A DNA stretch of 64,000 nt from Eubacteriales bacterium (GTDB lineage: Bacteria; Bacillota; Clostridia; Oscillospirales; CAG-272): contig JAZSHT010000104.1 in NCBI GenBank assembly GCA_045533435.1, forward strand, positions 1,590 to 65,589, in the 5' to 3' direction. Both the position numbers and the translations under genes were made by a program. The notes beneath the pieces were generated by a model. That model was given only the letters and a program-made list of their open reading frames with translations, was not told the DNA's origin and made no database searches. Position 1 is the stretch's first letter; every line of letters starts with the position of its first letter. Of this stretch, positions 1 to 10,377 are shown piece by piece.

Positions 1-2
1 AA

Positions 3-281
3 AACATCAATGCAGTAATTGATGCTGATACTACCGAAAAGCTGTCCTCAACACGAATAAATAAATGGCTAACCGACAAAGGCTTTTTTGAATCTAGAAA
101 GGTTCAAACAGTAGTTAATAAAACTGTATTAACACCATCCAAGCTTGCAAACAAAATAGGAATTACCTGCGAGGACTCAGTTGACAAAAAGACAGGCGAA
201 GTAAAATCGCAAATAAAGCTTGAGCCAAGCGCACAGCTATTTATAGTAGAAAATCTAGAGGAAATTATTTCAAGCACATAA
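3..281 (+). CDS. C-terminal fragment of a protein that starts upstream of the window (possibly a RecQ-type helicase tail; uncertain)
   Basis: Frame 3 is open from the window edge to TAA at 279-281 (...INKWLTDKGFFESRKV...IVENLEEIISST*). The functional guess rests only on my recollection of similar helicase C-termini. Confidence 0.35.
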   Translation, partial: NINAVIDADTTEKLSSTRINKWLTDKGFFESRKVQTVVNKTVLTPSKLANKIGITCEDSVDKKTGEVKSQIKLEPSAQLFIVENLEEIISST

Positions 282-352
282 ATATTTAACCCTATTATGA
301 ATATGCATACCTTTGTTGCAATTTAAACGAAAATAATTAAAGGAGTTAACCT

Positions 353-661
353 ATGAGCGAATATCAAAACCCAATTGATGCATTATTTGATGAAGAAAAC
401 AATGATGCAATCGTACTCTTTAACGAAAGGGGAGAGGAAATAGCATTTGAACAAATTGCGCTAATTCCATTAAATGAAAGAGTATATGCAATTTTAAAGC
501 CTGTAATGCCCCTTGAAGGCTTAGGCGAAAACGAAGCGCTCGTTTTCTCTATTGAAGAAAATGATGAAACAAATGAGGAATGCCTTGTATTAGTAGTAGA
601 TGTAGAAATAATTGATAAGGTATTTGATGTGTACGATAAGCTAGTAGAGGATAGCAAATAA
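353..661 (+). CDS. DUF1292 family small acidic protein
   Basis: 102-aa ORF with RBS AAAGGAG upstream. Sequence pattern is typical of DUF1292 (IVLFNERGEEIAFEQIALIPL...YAILKPV). Terminator hairpin directly downstream. Confidence 0.8.
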   Translation: MSEYQNPIDALFDEENNDAIVLFNERGEEIAFEQIALIPLNERVYAILKPVMPLEGLGENEALVFSIEENDETNEECLVLVVDVEIIDKVFDVYDKLVEDSK

Positions 662-688
662 AAAACGGCATTACGCCGTTTTTGTTTT
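662..688 (+). terminator. rho-independent terminator
   Basis: AAAACGGC-ATTAC-GCCGTTTT plus a T-run. Confidence 0.8.
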
Positions 689-689
689 A

Positions 690-721
690 TAAAACAAAAG
701 CGCCTCTTAATAGAAGCGCCT
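690..721 (-). terminator. rho-independent terminator of 734-976
   Basis: Minus strand: GGCGCTTCT-ATTA-AGAGGCGC (8 bp including one G-U pair) plus TTTTGTTTT. Confidence 0.6.
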
Positions 722-733
722 ATGTATTTTAAT

Positions 734-976
734 TTATTCAGCTAAAACTGTAATCTTATTGCTTGTAATTTCTGTAACAAGGTCAATGATCCAGAAAATA
801 AAGCCAAGACCAACGAAATTAAGAATACCAACAACAAGAGTAACGATATTCTTTGTTTCAAGAAAACGAACGATACGGTAAATGCCACCTACTAATGCAC
901 CAAGAAAAAGTTGGATGATAATCTTGATGATCTTTGGGAGTGCTTCGTATTGAGCAGTTAAAGATTGATTTGCCAT
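734..976 (-). CDS. small integral membrane protein (two TM helices), unknown function
   Basis: 80-aa ORF with RBS GAAAGGAG (reverse complement of 983-990). Hydrophobic segments; terminator downstream on the minus strand. Confidence 0.6.
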   Translation of the reverse strand: MANQSLTAQYEALPKIIKIIIQLFLGALVGGIYRIVRFLETKNIVTLVVGILNFVGLGFIFWIIDLVTEITSNKITVLAE

Positions 977-1105
977 AATGATTCTCCTTTCAAAAATTAC
1001 AACGAAACCGCTGTACTTTAATTATATCATATGTCATACCAAAAAATCAAGATACTAAATTAAAGAAATTTAAACAGTTTTCTATAATAATATATTATAA
1101 AAAAC

Positions 1106-1134
1106 TTGATTATTTAACGAAAATGTGTTAAAAT
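1106..1134 (+). promoter_or_regulatory. sigma-A-type promoter upstream of miaB
   Basis: TTGATT, 17 nt, TAAAAT. Confidence 0.55.
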
Positions 1135-1173
1135 AACTTAAATATAATAAAGAATAACATCAAAGAGGAAAAA

Positions 1174-2574
1174 ATGAGCTTTGTCAGTATAGAAGAAATG
1201 AAAAAACAAAAGCTCTTTATAGATAATGTTCGCACACTAATTAACCAAAAAGGACTTAAAGCCTGTGTATTCACTCTTGGCTGTCAGCAAAACGAAGCAG
1301 ATAGTGAAAGAATGAGAGGCATTTTAAAAAGCCTTGGCTATGAAATTACCTATAAGGAGGAAGAGGCAGATTTACTGCTTGTAAACACCTGTGCCATAAG
1401 AGAGCATGCCGAAAGACGCGCCCTTTCCATTATCGGCAGATATAAGCATTATAAAACTAAAAACCCCGACCTTATTATAGGCGTATGCGGATGTATGACC
1501 GCCCAACAGCATAGAATTGACCATTTTAAACGCTCATACCATTATGTTGATTTTGTATTCGGCACAGGCACAATGTATCGCTTGCCCGAATATGTTTCAA
1601 ACGCACTTAATAAAGGCAAAAGATTATTTACAATCGACCCACAAGCACCTGAAATTGCCGAGGGACTTCCAGTAGTCCGCGAAAGCAGCTACAAGGCATG
1701 GGTAAGCATTATGTACGGATGTAATAACTTCTGCACATACTGTATAGTGCCCTATGTTCGTGGTAGAGAGCGAAGCCGTAATATGGAAGATATTCTTGAA
1801 GAAATAAAGGAGCTTGCAAAAGAGGGCTACCACGATATAACATTACTTGGTCAAAATGTAAACTCCTACGGCAAGGATTTAGAAGGAAAGCCAACAATTG
1901 CCGACCTTCTTAACGAAATTGGCAAAATAGAGGGCGACTTCTTAATCCACTTAATGACCTCACACCCTAAGGATGCATCAAATGAAATGATAGAAGCATT
2001 AAAGAATAATAAGCATTGTGCTAATTGCTTCCATCTGCCTTTGCAATCTGGCTCAGATGATATTCTTAAAAAAATGAACCGTCATTACGATACTGAAAAA
2101 TATCTCTCTATCATAGACAAGCTACGAGAATGCAGAGAGGATACAGTTCTTACCACCGACATAATAGTAGGCTTCCCGGGAGAGACCGATGAGGATTTTG
2201 AAAAAACCATTGATATTATCAAAAAGGTAAAATACGACTCAATATTCAGTTTTATCTATTCAAGAAGAAAGGGCACTCCTGCTGACAAAATGGAGGACCA
2301 TATCCCTGAGGAAATAAAGCACATTCGCTATGACCGTCTATGTCAGGTGCAAAACGAAATTTCCTATGAGCTTAACGCCAAATATCTAAACAAAACAGTT
2401 AGAGTATTAGTTGACGGCAAAAGCAAAAATAACGAAAGCGTATATACCTCACGCACAGAGGGTGGCAAAATAGTCCACTTTGAATGCGACACCGACTATA
2501 CGGGACAGTTTATAACAGTAAAAATCATCAAAACAGACACCTTTGCGCTGTATGGTGAAATTATAGAAAAATAA
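1174..2574 (+). CDS. miaB: tRNA-2-methylthio-N6-dimethylallyladenosine synthase (radical SAM methylthiotransferase MiaB)
   Basis: 466 aa. N-terminal TLGCQQNEADSE motif, radical-SAM CNNFCTYC, C-terminal TRAM-like region. Synteny with ymcA-like, mutS and mutL as in Bacillus. Confidence 0.93.
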   Translation: MSFVSIEEMKKQKLFIDNVRTLINQKGLKACVFTLGCQQNEADSERMRGILKSLGYEITYKEEEADLLLVNTCAIREHAERRALSIIGRYKHYKTKNPDLIIGVCGCMTAQQHRIDHFKRSYHYVDFVFGTGTMYRLPEYVSNALNKGKRLFTIDPQAPEIAEGLPVVRESSYKAWVSIMYGCNNFCTYCIVPYVRGRERSRNMEDILEEIKELAKEGYHDITLLGQNVNSYGKDLEGKPTIADLLNEIGKIEGDFLIHLMTSHPKDASNEMIEALKNNKHCANCFHLPLQSGSDDILKKMNRHYDTEKYLSIIDKLRECREDTVLTTDIIVGFPGETDEDFEKTIDIIKKVKYDSIFSFIYSRRKGTPADKMEDHIPEEIKHIRYDRLCQVQNEISYELNAKYLNKTVRVLVDGKSKNNESVYTSRTEGGKIVHFECDTDYTGQFITVKIIKTDTFALYGEIIEK

Positions 2575-2593
2575 TAAAAAGGAGTATAAAATT

Positions 2594-2986
2594 ATGACAA
2601 TTATGGAACTTGCTGCTGAGCTTGGAAAAGCAATTAAGGCAGATGAAAGAATCACAAAAATGAACGAGGCAAGAGAAGCTTACGAAAAGGATGAGGACCT
2701 TCAAAAGCTTATGCTTGAATACAATGTTCAACAAACAGCACTTGCTGAGGAATACAAGAAGGAAACAGTTGACCCAGCAATCATTGAATCAATCGAAGCA
2801 AGACTTGATGCTATCGTTAAGGAAGTAACAGAAAAGGATGTTTTTGTTGCACTTAATGAGGCAAACGAAGCAGTTAACGCTCTTATGCAAGCAGTTAACG
2901 GCGAAATTGAATATAACATCACAGGTCAACGCCCATGTACACACGATTGCCATTCATGTGGCTCAGACTGTGGACACCACCACTAA
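2594..2986 (+). CDS. YlbF/YmcA family protein with a Cys/His-rich C-terminal tail
   Basis: 130 aa with RBS AAAGGAG. Helical YmcA-like sequence located between miaB and mutS. Tail is CTHDCHSCGSDCGHHH. Confidence 0.8.
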   Translation: MTIMELAAELGKAIKADERITKMNEAREAYEKDEDLQKLMLEYNVQQTALAEEYKKETVDPAIIESIEARLDAIVKEVTEKDVFVALNEANEAVNALMQAVNGEIEYNITGQRPCTHDCHSCGSDCGHHH

Positions 2987-3027
2987 TTTAAACTATTAAA
3001 CTAAAACCAAGAGGAAGGTAAAACAAT

Positions 3028-5607
3028 ATGACTCAAATGATGCTACAATATCTCGAGATAAAAAAGCAATATAAGGATTTTATATTGTTTTACCGTCTTG
3101 GAGATTTTTATGAAATGTTCTTTGATGATGCTATTACTGCATCAAGAGAGCTTGAATTAACATTAACAGGTAGAGACTGCGGAGAGCCTGAAAGAGCGCC
3201 AATGTGTGGCGTACCATACCATAGCTGCGAGGGCTATATCGGCAAGCTTATCTCCAAGGGCTATAAGGTTGCAATTTGCGAGCAAATGGAGGACCCCTCA
3301 CAAGCAAAGGGCATTGTAAGGCGTGAGGTTGTAAGAGAAATTACTCCGGGTACAGTAGTTGAAACCAACCTTTTAACTGAAAATAAAAACAACTATCTTT
3401 GCTCACTTTACTTTGAGGGAGATAGCGTAGGCGTATGCTTTGCCGATGTTTCAACAGGCGAAATCTATGCTACTACCATTGAAAATGAGCAAGCTAAGCT
3501 TTTAAATGAGCTTGGCACATATGCGCCAAAGGAAATCATAACCAACATACCTAAGCTTGCAGGCGGATATATTGGCGAGTTTGCAAAATCAAGACTTAGC
3601 GCGCTTTGCGGCTTTGAAATGACAGAGTATTTTAACAAAAACGAGTGCGATGACAGAGTATTTTGTCAATTCGGTCAGGACTTTATAAACAAATACGAGT
3701 CTGACAGCCACCTAATGTGTGCCATCGGCGCAATCTTAGAGTACATATTAAAAACTCAAAAAACAGATATTTCATATATCAACAACATAAGCATTTACGG
3801 TGAGGGACAATATCTTGAAATGGACCTTAACACTCGCCGTAACCTTGAATTATGCGAGTCAATGAGAACTAAGGAAAAGCGCGGAAGCCTTTACTGGGTT
3901 CTTGACAAAACAAAAACATCAATGGGCGCAAGAATGCTTCGCCATTTCGTTGAGCATCCGCTAATTGATGTGCAAAGAATTATTGCCCGCCAAGGCGCAA
4001 TAAACACCCTTTATTCTAATATGGTGCTAAGAGATGAAATCTCAAAGCTTTTATCAAGCGTTCTTGACCTTGAAAGACTTATGACAAAGGTAGTATATGG
4101 CACCGCGAATGGAAAGGATGCAAGAGCAATCGCATCCACAATAAAGGTAATTCCTGAAATTAAAAACCTTCTCTATACAGTAAACGATAGAGAGCTTTCC
4201 GAAATTAGAGAAAATCTTGATACCCTTGAGGATATCTATACACTAATTGATGATATGCTTATAGAGCTTCCACCATTCTCTGTAAGAGAGGGCGGCTTTA
4301 TTAAGGATGGCTACAATAAGGATATTGACTATCTCCGTACAGTAATGAGTGATGGTAAGGGCTGGATTTCTAAAATTGAAGAGGGAGAAAGAGAGCTCAC
4401 AGGAATTAAAACACTTAAAATAGGCTATAACAGAGTATTTGGCTACTATATAGAGGTAACAAAATCCTTTATAAACCAAGTGCCTGATAGATATATAAGA
4501 AAGCAAACATTATCCAACTGTGAAAGATACATCACAGAGGATTTAAAAAATATGGAATCAACGGTGTTAGGAGCAAAGGACAAGCTCTGTACCCTTGAAT
4601 ATGAGCTTTTTGTAGCACTTCGCGCCAAGCTTGAGGAAAACCTAAAGCGTGTTCAAAAATCTGCAAATATGCTTGCAAAATTAGATACCTATATCTCACT
4701 TGCCGAGGTAGCAATTAAGAATAACTATGTTTGCCCTGAGGTTGATTATAGCGATATAATCGACATTAAGGACGGCAGACATCCGGTAGTTGAGCAATTT
4801 GTTAAGGATAGCTATTTTGTTCCAAACGACACCTATCTTAATACCACAAGCGACCGCTTAGCGCTTATTACAGGACCGAATATGGCAGGTAAATCAACAT
4901 ATATGCGCCAAAGTGCTTTAATAGTTTTAATGGCACAAATCGGCTCATTTGTTCCCGCTAAGCAAGCAAGAATAGGCATAGTAGATAAATTATTTACAAG
5001 AGTAGGCGCATCTGATGACTTAGCGTCAGGTCAGTCAACATTTATGCTTGAAATGACCGAGGTTGCCTACATTCTTGCAAATGCAACTAAAAAGAGCTTT
5101 ATCATTTATGATGAAATCGGCAGAGGCACATCAACCTATGATGGTATGAGCATAGCAAGAGCTATTGCCGAATATACCGCAGGCAAAAAAATCGGTGCAA
5201 AATCAATGTTTGCCACCCACTACCACGAGCTAACATCACTTGAAAACGGACAAAATGGTATAGTAAACTACAATATTGCCGCTAAAAAGCGTGGCGAGGA
5301 TATTATATTCCTTCGTAAAATCGTTAAAGGTCCAACAGATGATAGCTACGGTATTGAGGTTGCCAAATTAGCAGGCGTGCCAAATGAGGTAGTTAAACGC
5401 GCAAAGAGTATTCTTGCTGAAATGATAGAAAATGGCGTTGTTACCGAAAAAGCTCCTAAACCAAAAACAACCGAAATCGGTATGGAAATGTCCTTTGAGG
5501 ATATGAGTGTTTACGAGGCAGCCGACAGAATTAAAAAGGTAGATATAAACACATTAACACCAATCGAGGCCATGAACTTCATATTTGAGCTTAAAAAGCT
5601 TTTTTAG
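3028..5607 (+). CDS. mutS: DNA mismatch repair protein MutS
   Basis: 859 aa with N-terminal mismatch-binding motif (FYRLGDFYEMF) and Walker A GPNMAGKST. The TAG stop is the first unit of a TAGCCGT array. Confidence 0.97.
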   Translation: MTQMMLQYLEIKKQYKDFILFYRLGDFYEMFFDDAITASRELELTLTGRDCGEPERAPMCGVPYHSCEGYIGKLISKGYKVAICEQMEDPSQAKGIVRREVVREITPGTVVETNLLTENKNNYLCSLYFEGDSVGVCFADVSTGEIYATTIENEQAKLLNELGTYAPKEIITNIPKLAGGYIGEFAKSRLSALCGFEMTEYFNKNECDDRVFCQFGQDFINKYESDSHLMCAIGAILEYILKTQKTDISYINNISIYGEGQYLEMDLNTRRNLELCESMRTKEKRGSLYWVLDKTKTSMGARMLRHFVEHPLIDVQRIIARQGAINTLYSNMVLRDEISKLLSSVLDLERLMTKVVYGTANGKDARAIASTIKVIPEIKNLLYTVNDRELSEIRENLDTLEDIYTLIDDMLIELPPFSVREGGFIKDGYNKDIDYLRTVMSDGKGWISKIEEGERELTGIKTLKIGYNRVFGYYIEVTKSFINQVPDRYIRKQTLSNCERYITEDLKNMESTVLGAKDKLCTLEYELFVALRAKLEENLKRVQKSANMLAKLDTYISLAEVAIKNNYVCPEVDYSDIIDIKDGRHPVVEQFVKDSYFVPNDTYLNTTSDRLALITGPNMAGKSTYMRQSALIVLMAQIGSFVPAKQARIGIVDKLFTRVGASDDLASGQSTFMLEMTEVAYILANATKKSFIIYDEIGRGTSTYDGMSIARAIAEYTAGKKIGAKSMFATHYHELTSLENGQNGIVNYNIAAKKRGEDIIFLRKIVKGPTDDSYGIEVAKLAGVPNEVVKRAKSILAEMIENGVVTEKAPKPKTTEIGMEMSFEDMSVYEAADRIKKVDINTLTPIEAMNFIFELKKLF

Positions 5608-5646
5608 CCGTTAGCCGTTAGCCGTTAGCTGTTAGCGAGTAACTCT
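5605..5646 (+). repeat. heptamer array, class TAGCCGT (about 5 units: 3 x TAGCCGT, TAGCTGT, TAGCGAG)
   Basis: Read directly. The first TAG is the mutS stop codon. Confidence 0.9.
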
Positions 5647-5694
5647 AACGCCTTTTCCTACCCATTCCCCCCCTACTACGAAAGGAAGGTCAAA

Positions 5695-7686
5695 ATGCCA
5701 AAAATTAATGTATTAGGCTTTGATATTGCCAATTTAATAGCCGCAGGCGAGGTTGTTGACCGTCCTTCCTCTGTGGTTAAGGAGTTACTTGAAAACGCCA
5801 TAGACTCAGGCGCAGACAAGATAACAGTAGAAATTAAAAACGGTGGCACATCCTTTATAAGAATTGCCGATAACGGATGCGGCATTGAATACGAGGATTT
5901 ACCAACTGCGCTTTTACGCCATGCCACAAGCAAAATTAAGGAAGCATCGGACCTTGATAGCATAATTACCTTAGGCTTTAGAGGTGAAGCACTTGCTGCC
6001 ATCTCATCAGTATCCAAGGTAAGAATTTTATCTAAAACAAAAAATAATGAAATGGGCGCAATGCTTGAAGCACATGCGGGTAAGGTTTTAACTCACATAA
6101 ATGCAGGCTGTCAAGAGGGTACAACAGTAATTGTTGAGGACTTATTTTATAATGTCCCTGCAAGAAAAAAATTCTTAAAGCGTGATGCAACCGAAGCATC
6201 CTATATAACATCAATAGTTGAAAAGGTTGCAATGTCTCGCCCTGATATTTCCTTTAAATACATAATTGACGGCGAGGTTAAGTTTATAACCTCAGGCGAT
6301 AACAGTACCCAAAATGCAATCTATGCAATTTTAGGTAGTGATGTAGCCAAGAAAATAATTAAGGTTTTCCGTGAGGAAAACGGCATTAAAATTGAAGGCT
6401 TTATCTCATCCCCTAACCTAAACAGAAGCAACAGAAACCTTGAAATTTTTTACATAAACTCACGCTATATAAGAAGCGCCGTTATGGTAAAGGCGCTTGA
6501 GCAAGCATTTGACTCTTATATACCAGGCGATAAATTCCCCGTTTGTGTAATCAATGTAGAAATTGACCCAAGATATGTAGATGTCAATGTTCATCCATCT
6601 AAGTTAGAGGTTAAATTTTCAAACGAGCAAGTAATTTTTGATGCAATATATTATGCCGTAAGAACAGCATTAGCCACAAAAATTGAACGCCCAACGCTCT
6701 TTAACGAGCCAAAGGAAAGCATTGCAAATGCACCATTTAAGGCATTTGATAGAGAAGCACCTAAAAATGAAAAAATCGTATTTGATACAAATGGTAATAT
6801 AGGCACAGAAAATAAGGATAAAACCATATCCTATATTCAACCAATACAACCTATACAAAAAACAGAGGCTCAAAGCAAACCAATACAGACAACAAAAATA
6901 GAGCTACCAAGCGAGGATGATTTCGTTCCCGATTTCCTTAGAAAGTATGATAACCCTGTATCATCACAGTTAAAGGTATCTGCATCATTTACTCCAAGAG
7001 CTACAACCGAGAATAATAAAGCTATCATTCCCGAAATCAAGGTAGATGAAGCACAAGAAGCACCAAAAGAAGAAATAAAAGAAGAAATCATAGCTCCCAA
7101 AATAGTCCCCGACTATAAAATCATAGGCGAAGCATTTAATTCCTATGTAATCGTAGAATTAGGCGAAATACTTTATCTTATAGATAAGCATGCCGCCCAC
7201 GAAAGAATTATTTTTGAGGACTTAAAAAAGAAAATAAGCGAAGCAAATCCATCATCGCAAATGCTCTTAATTCCTCTTGAAATTTCCCTTGCAAGTGAGG
7301 AAATAGCTGCACTAAACGAGTACAAGGAAGAAATAAATAAAACAGGCTACGGCTTTACAATTGAAGAAAGATGCGCATATGTAAACGAAATCCCATCTGA
7401 AATCGAAGTGAGTGCAGGCACAGATGCATTTTTAGAGCTTGTATCAAAGCTTGCAAGCGGCAAGGAAGCATCAAAGTCAAGATACGAAATATTTGAAAAA
7501 GCGCTTTATCAATCATCATGCAAAGCAGCAATTAAGGCGGGCAGAATTTACGATAGCGCCCATATTAAATGGATAGTTGAAAGAACACTAACTCTCGATA
7601 ATATCAAATATTGCCCACACGGTCGCCCCGTAGCATTTGAAATTACAAAGCACTTCCTTGAAAAGGAATTTGAGCGCATTAAATAA
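5695..7686 (+). CDS. mutL: DNA mismatch repair protein MutL
   Basis: 663 aa. GHKL ATPase N-terminus (IAAGEVVDRPSSVVKELLENAIDSGA), low-complexity linker, C-terminal dimerisation/endonuclease region. Confidence 0.96.
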   Translation: MPKINVLGFDIANLIAAGEVVDRPSSVVKELLENAIDSGADKITVEIKNGGTSFIRIADNGCGIEYEDLPTALLRHATSKIKEASDLDSIITLGFRGEALAAISSVSKVRILSKTKNNEMGAMLEAHAGKVLTHINAGCQEGTTVIVEDLFYNVPARKKFLKRDATEASYITSIVEKVAMSRPDISFKYIIDGEVKFITSGDNSTQNAIYAILGSDVAKKIIKVFREENGIKIEGFISSPNLNRSNRNLEIFYINSRYIRSAVMVKALEQAFDSYIPGDKFPVCVINVEIDPRYVDVNVHPSKLEVKFSNEQVIFDAIYYAVRTALATKIERPTLFNEPKESIANAPFKAFDREAPKNEKIVFDTNGNIGTENKDKTISYIQPIQPIQKTEAQSKPIQTTKIELPSEDDFVPDFLRKYDNPVSSQLKVSASFTPRATTENNKAIIPEIKVDEAQEAPKEEIKEEIIAPKIVPDYKIIGEAFNSYVIVELGEILYLIDKHAAHERIIFEDLKKKISEANPSSQMLLIPLEISLASEEIAALNEYKEEINKTGYGFTIEERCAYVNEIPSEIEVSAGTDAFLELVSKLASGKEASKSRYEIFEKALYQSSCKAAIKAGRIYDSAHIKWIVERTLTLDNIKYCPHGRPVAFEITKHFLEKEFERIK

Positions 7687-7703
7687 AAGAAAAGGAAACA
7701 GAA

Positions 7704-8840
7704 ATGTTAAAAATATTAAAAACTGACGGCAGAGCAAGAAGATGTGAATTTGAAACAGTTCACGGAACAATTCAAACACCTGTCTTTATGAATGTAGGCA
7801 CATGCGCCGCAATCAAGGGCGGTATATCCTCAATGGACTTAAAGGATGTAAAATGTCAGGTTGAATTATCAAATACATACCACCTACACATTCGCCCGGG
7901 TGATAGACTTATTCACGATTTAGGCGGACTTCATAAGTTTATGAATTGGGATAAGCCAATCTTAACCGATAGCGGCGGATTTCAGGTTTTCTCCCTTGCT
8001 CAATTACGCAAAATAACCGAAGAGGGCGTTAAATTCGCATCTCACATTGATGGTAAGCGTATTTTTATGGGTCCTGAGGAATCAATGCAAATTCAATCAA
8101 ACCTAGGCTCAACAATCGCTATGGCATTTGATGAATGTATTGAAAACCCTGCCAAATATGACTATACCAAGCAGTCCTGCGACCGTACAGTAAGATGGTT
8201 AAAGCGTTGTAAGGTAGAACTTGACAGACTTAATTCACTTCCCGATACAATCAATAAAAACCAAATGCTTTTCGGTATTAACCAAGGTAGCACATACGAG
8301 GATTTAAGAATTAAGCATATGCAAGAAATTGCAGAGCTTGACCTTGACGGCTACGCAATCGGTGGTCTTGCCGTAGGCGAGGAAACTGAGGAAATGTATC
8401 GTATAATTGACATCGTAGAGCCACATATGCCTGTAAATAAGCCAAGATACCTAATGGGCGTAGGCACACCCTGTAACATTCTTGAAGCGGTACATCGCGG
8501 TATTGACTTCTTTGACTGTGTAATGCCATCAAGAAACGCAAGACACGGTAACCTCTTTACATGGCACGGTAAAATGAATATCATGAACGAAAAATACCGT
8601 GATGATGCGAAGCCAATAGATGAAAACTGTAAATGCCCTGCTTGTCAGCATTATTCAAGAGCATATATAAGACATCTTATCAAGGCAAAGGAAACACTCG
8701 GTATGCGCCTTTGCGTGCTTCATAACCTCTATTTCTATAATGACCTTATGGAAAAAATCAGAGAAGCGCTTGATAATGACTACTTTGAAAGCTTCTACCA
8801 AAAGTATCGCAATATCTTAGGCGATAGAAGCACTAACTAG
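7704..8840 (+). CDS. tgt: queuine tRNA-ribosyltransferase (tRNA-guanine transglycosylase)
   Basis: 378 aa with TPVFMNVGT, DSGGFQV and the Zn site CxCxxC...H (CKCPACQHYSRAYIRH). The TAG stop is followed directly by 6 x TGGTCAG. Confidence 0.96.
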   Translation: MLKILKTDGRARRCEFETVHGTIQTPVFMNVGTCAAIKGGISSMDLKDVKCQVELSNTYHLHIRPGDRLIHDLGGLHKFMNWDKPILTDSGGFQVFSLAQLRKITEEGVKFASHIDGKRIFMGPEESMQIQSNLGSTIAMAFDECIENPAKYDYTKQSCDRTVRWLKRCKVELDRLNSLPDTINKNQMLFGINQGSTYEDLRIKHMQEIAELDLDGYAIGGLAVGEETEEMYRIIDIVEPHMPVNKPRYLMGVGTPCNILEAVHRGIDFFDCVMPSRNARHGNLFTWHGKMNIMNEKYRDDAKPIDENCKCPACQHYSRAYIRHLIKAKETLGMRLCVLHNLYFYNDLMEKIREALDNDYFESFYQKYRNILGDRSTN

Positions 8841-8882
8841 TGGTCAGTGGTCAGTGGTCAGTGGTCAGTGGTCAGTGGTCAA
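8838..8882 (+). repeat. heptamer array, class TGGTCAG (TAG + 5 x TGGTCAG + TGGTCAA)
   Basis: Read directly. Starts at the tgt TAG stop. Followed by hairpins CCTTCTCC-TTGA-GGAGAAGG (8886-8905) and GTCAAC-TTT-GTTGAC (8907-8921). Confidence 0.95.
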
Positions 8883-8954
8883 CAGCCTTCTCCTTGAGGA
8901 GAAGGTGTCAACTTTGTTGACGGATGAGGTGTAAATAAAGAAAGGGAAAAAACT

Positions 8955-9779
8955 ATGACAAACAATTTTATGTGTTATCCAAATTGGAAGGAAAAAGCAT
9001 TAACCTTCAGCTACGATGATGGAAACATCAAGGATAGAGACTTAGTAGCATTATTTAATAAATACGGAGTTAAAGGTACATTTAATTTAAATAGTGAAAT
9101 TTTCGCTGAAAATGGAAAGCCAAACAACATTTCTAAAACTGAGGTAAAGGAGCTCTATAAGGGACACGAGGTAGCTGTTCACACAGTTACACACCCACGC
9201 TTAGAGCTTTTACCAAGCAACCTTATTTCCCAGGAAATAACTGAGGATAAAGCCAACCTTGAAGCACTTTCCGACACCATAGTACAAGGTATGGCATACC
9301 CATTTGGTACATATAACGATAATGTTGTAGATATCTGTGGTAAAGCTGGTATTAAATATTCAAGAACAGTACATTCCACACACAATTTTGAAGTTACACA
9401 CGATTGGCTAAGACTCCCTGCAACATGCCATCACGCCGATGATAAGCTCTTTGAGCTTGCAGAAAAATTCATAGCAGGCGAGCCTAGCAAGGAATGGTTT
9501 AAATACACAGGATGGCTCTTTTATGTATGGGGACACTCTTACGAATTCAGAACAGAAGAGGATTGGCTCCGTATGGAGGGCTTTGTATCAATGGTATCAA
9601 ATCGTGAGGACACATGGTACGCAACCAATATTGAAATTTACGAATATGTAGAAGCATATCGTAATCTTATCTACTCACAAGATAAATCAAAGGTATATAA
9701 CCCATCAGCGCTTCCCGTATATATGATCCACGAAGGCAAAAAATACGTAGTAAACCCTGGCGAAACAGTAACATTCTAA
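8955..9779 (+). CDS. polysaccharide deacetylase (NodB-homology) family protein
   Basis: 274 aa with FSYDDG and VAVHTVTHP motifs and no signal peptide. Perfect 18-bp terminator follows. Confidence 0.75.
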   Translation: MTNNFMCYPNWKEKALTFSYDDGNIKDRDLVALFNKYGVKGTFNLNSEIFAENGKPNNISKTEVKELYKGHEVAVHTVTHPRLELLPSNLISQEITEDKANLEALSDTIVQGMAYPFGTYNDNVVDICGKAGIKYSRTVHSTHNFEVTHDWLRLPATCHHADDKLFELAEKFIAGEPSKEWFKYTGWLFYVWGHSYEFRTEEDWLRMEGFVSMVSNREDTWYATNIEIYEYVEAYRNLIYSQDKSKVYNPSALPVYMIHEGKKYVVNPGETVTF

Positions 9780-9780
9780 A

Positions 9781-9824
9781 AACAATCTCTCCATTAGGTC
9801 TGCCTAATGGAGAGATTGTTTTAT
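9781..9824. terminator. bidirectional terminator
   Basis: Perfect 18-bp stem AACAATCTCTCCATTAGG / CCTAATGGAGAGATTGTT with loop TCTG. Lies between convergent genes. Confidence 0.85.
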
Positions 9825-10177
9825 TAAAAATTAAAGAAATCGGAAAAATATTCTTTTCCATATTTGTTTCTGAATATATTAATATCTAATCTGAATGATT
9901 TTGAGCTTCTTTTATCAATAAAAATTTCAGGAATATTGTGTATAGCATCAGCAAAATCAAATATTTTTTCATTATTTCCTTCATTTAGACAATTAAATAA
10001 TGTATCTATGCAGTATATTAGAATTGAGTAATCATTATTCGAAGAAAATTGTTCTTTTATCTGTTTTAAACTTTTAATTTCTTTATCTAATTCGTCTTTA
10101 TTGTAGTGACCGGTTGTATGATAAAATCGCACCATAATAAAGCTATGTTGTAGCTTTTCAAACACCGAAATATCCAT
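9824..10177 (-). CDS. hypothetical protein
   Basis: 117-aa ORF with RBS AAGGGGGA. No recognisable motifs. Shares a bidirectional terminator with the upstream gene. Confidence 0.55.
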   Translation of the reverse strand: MDISVFEKLQHSFIMVRFYHTTGHYNKDELDKEIKSLKQIKEQFSSNNDYSILIYCIDTLFNCLNEGNNEKIFDFADAIHNIPEIFIDKRSSKSFRLDINIFRNKYGKEYFSDFFNF

Positions 10178-10336
10178 AAAATCCCCCTTGCGATTTTTTT
10201 ACATTATAGCACATAGATAAAAACAAATCAATCGAAATAATAAAAATTACATAAAAGCGGAGCTTTTGGCTTGCTTTTGCGATAGTAGCAGCTTTCAAAG
10301 TAGCAAACCCCGTTTTCCATGTTGGAAGCTTTTTAG

Positions 10337-10376
10337 CGTGGGATGTGGGAAAATCTTGATTTTTCCACTTTCCACG
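10337..10376 (+). repeat. imperfect hairpin built from GTGGGAT/GTGGGAA units and their complement
   Basis: CGTGGGATGTGGGAAAA / TTTTCCACTTTCCACG gives 17 pairs with 1 mismatch and 2 G-T pairs (favouring a plus-strand RNA fold). Its end lies 1 nt upstream of the -35 box at 10378. Confidence 0.75.
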
Positions 10377-10377
10377 A

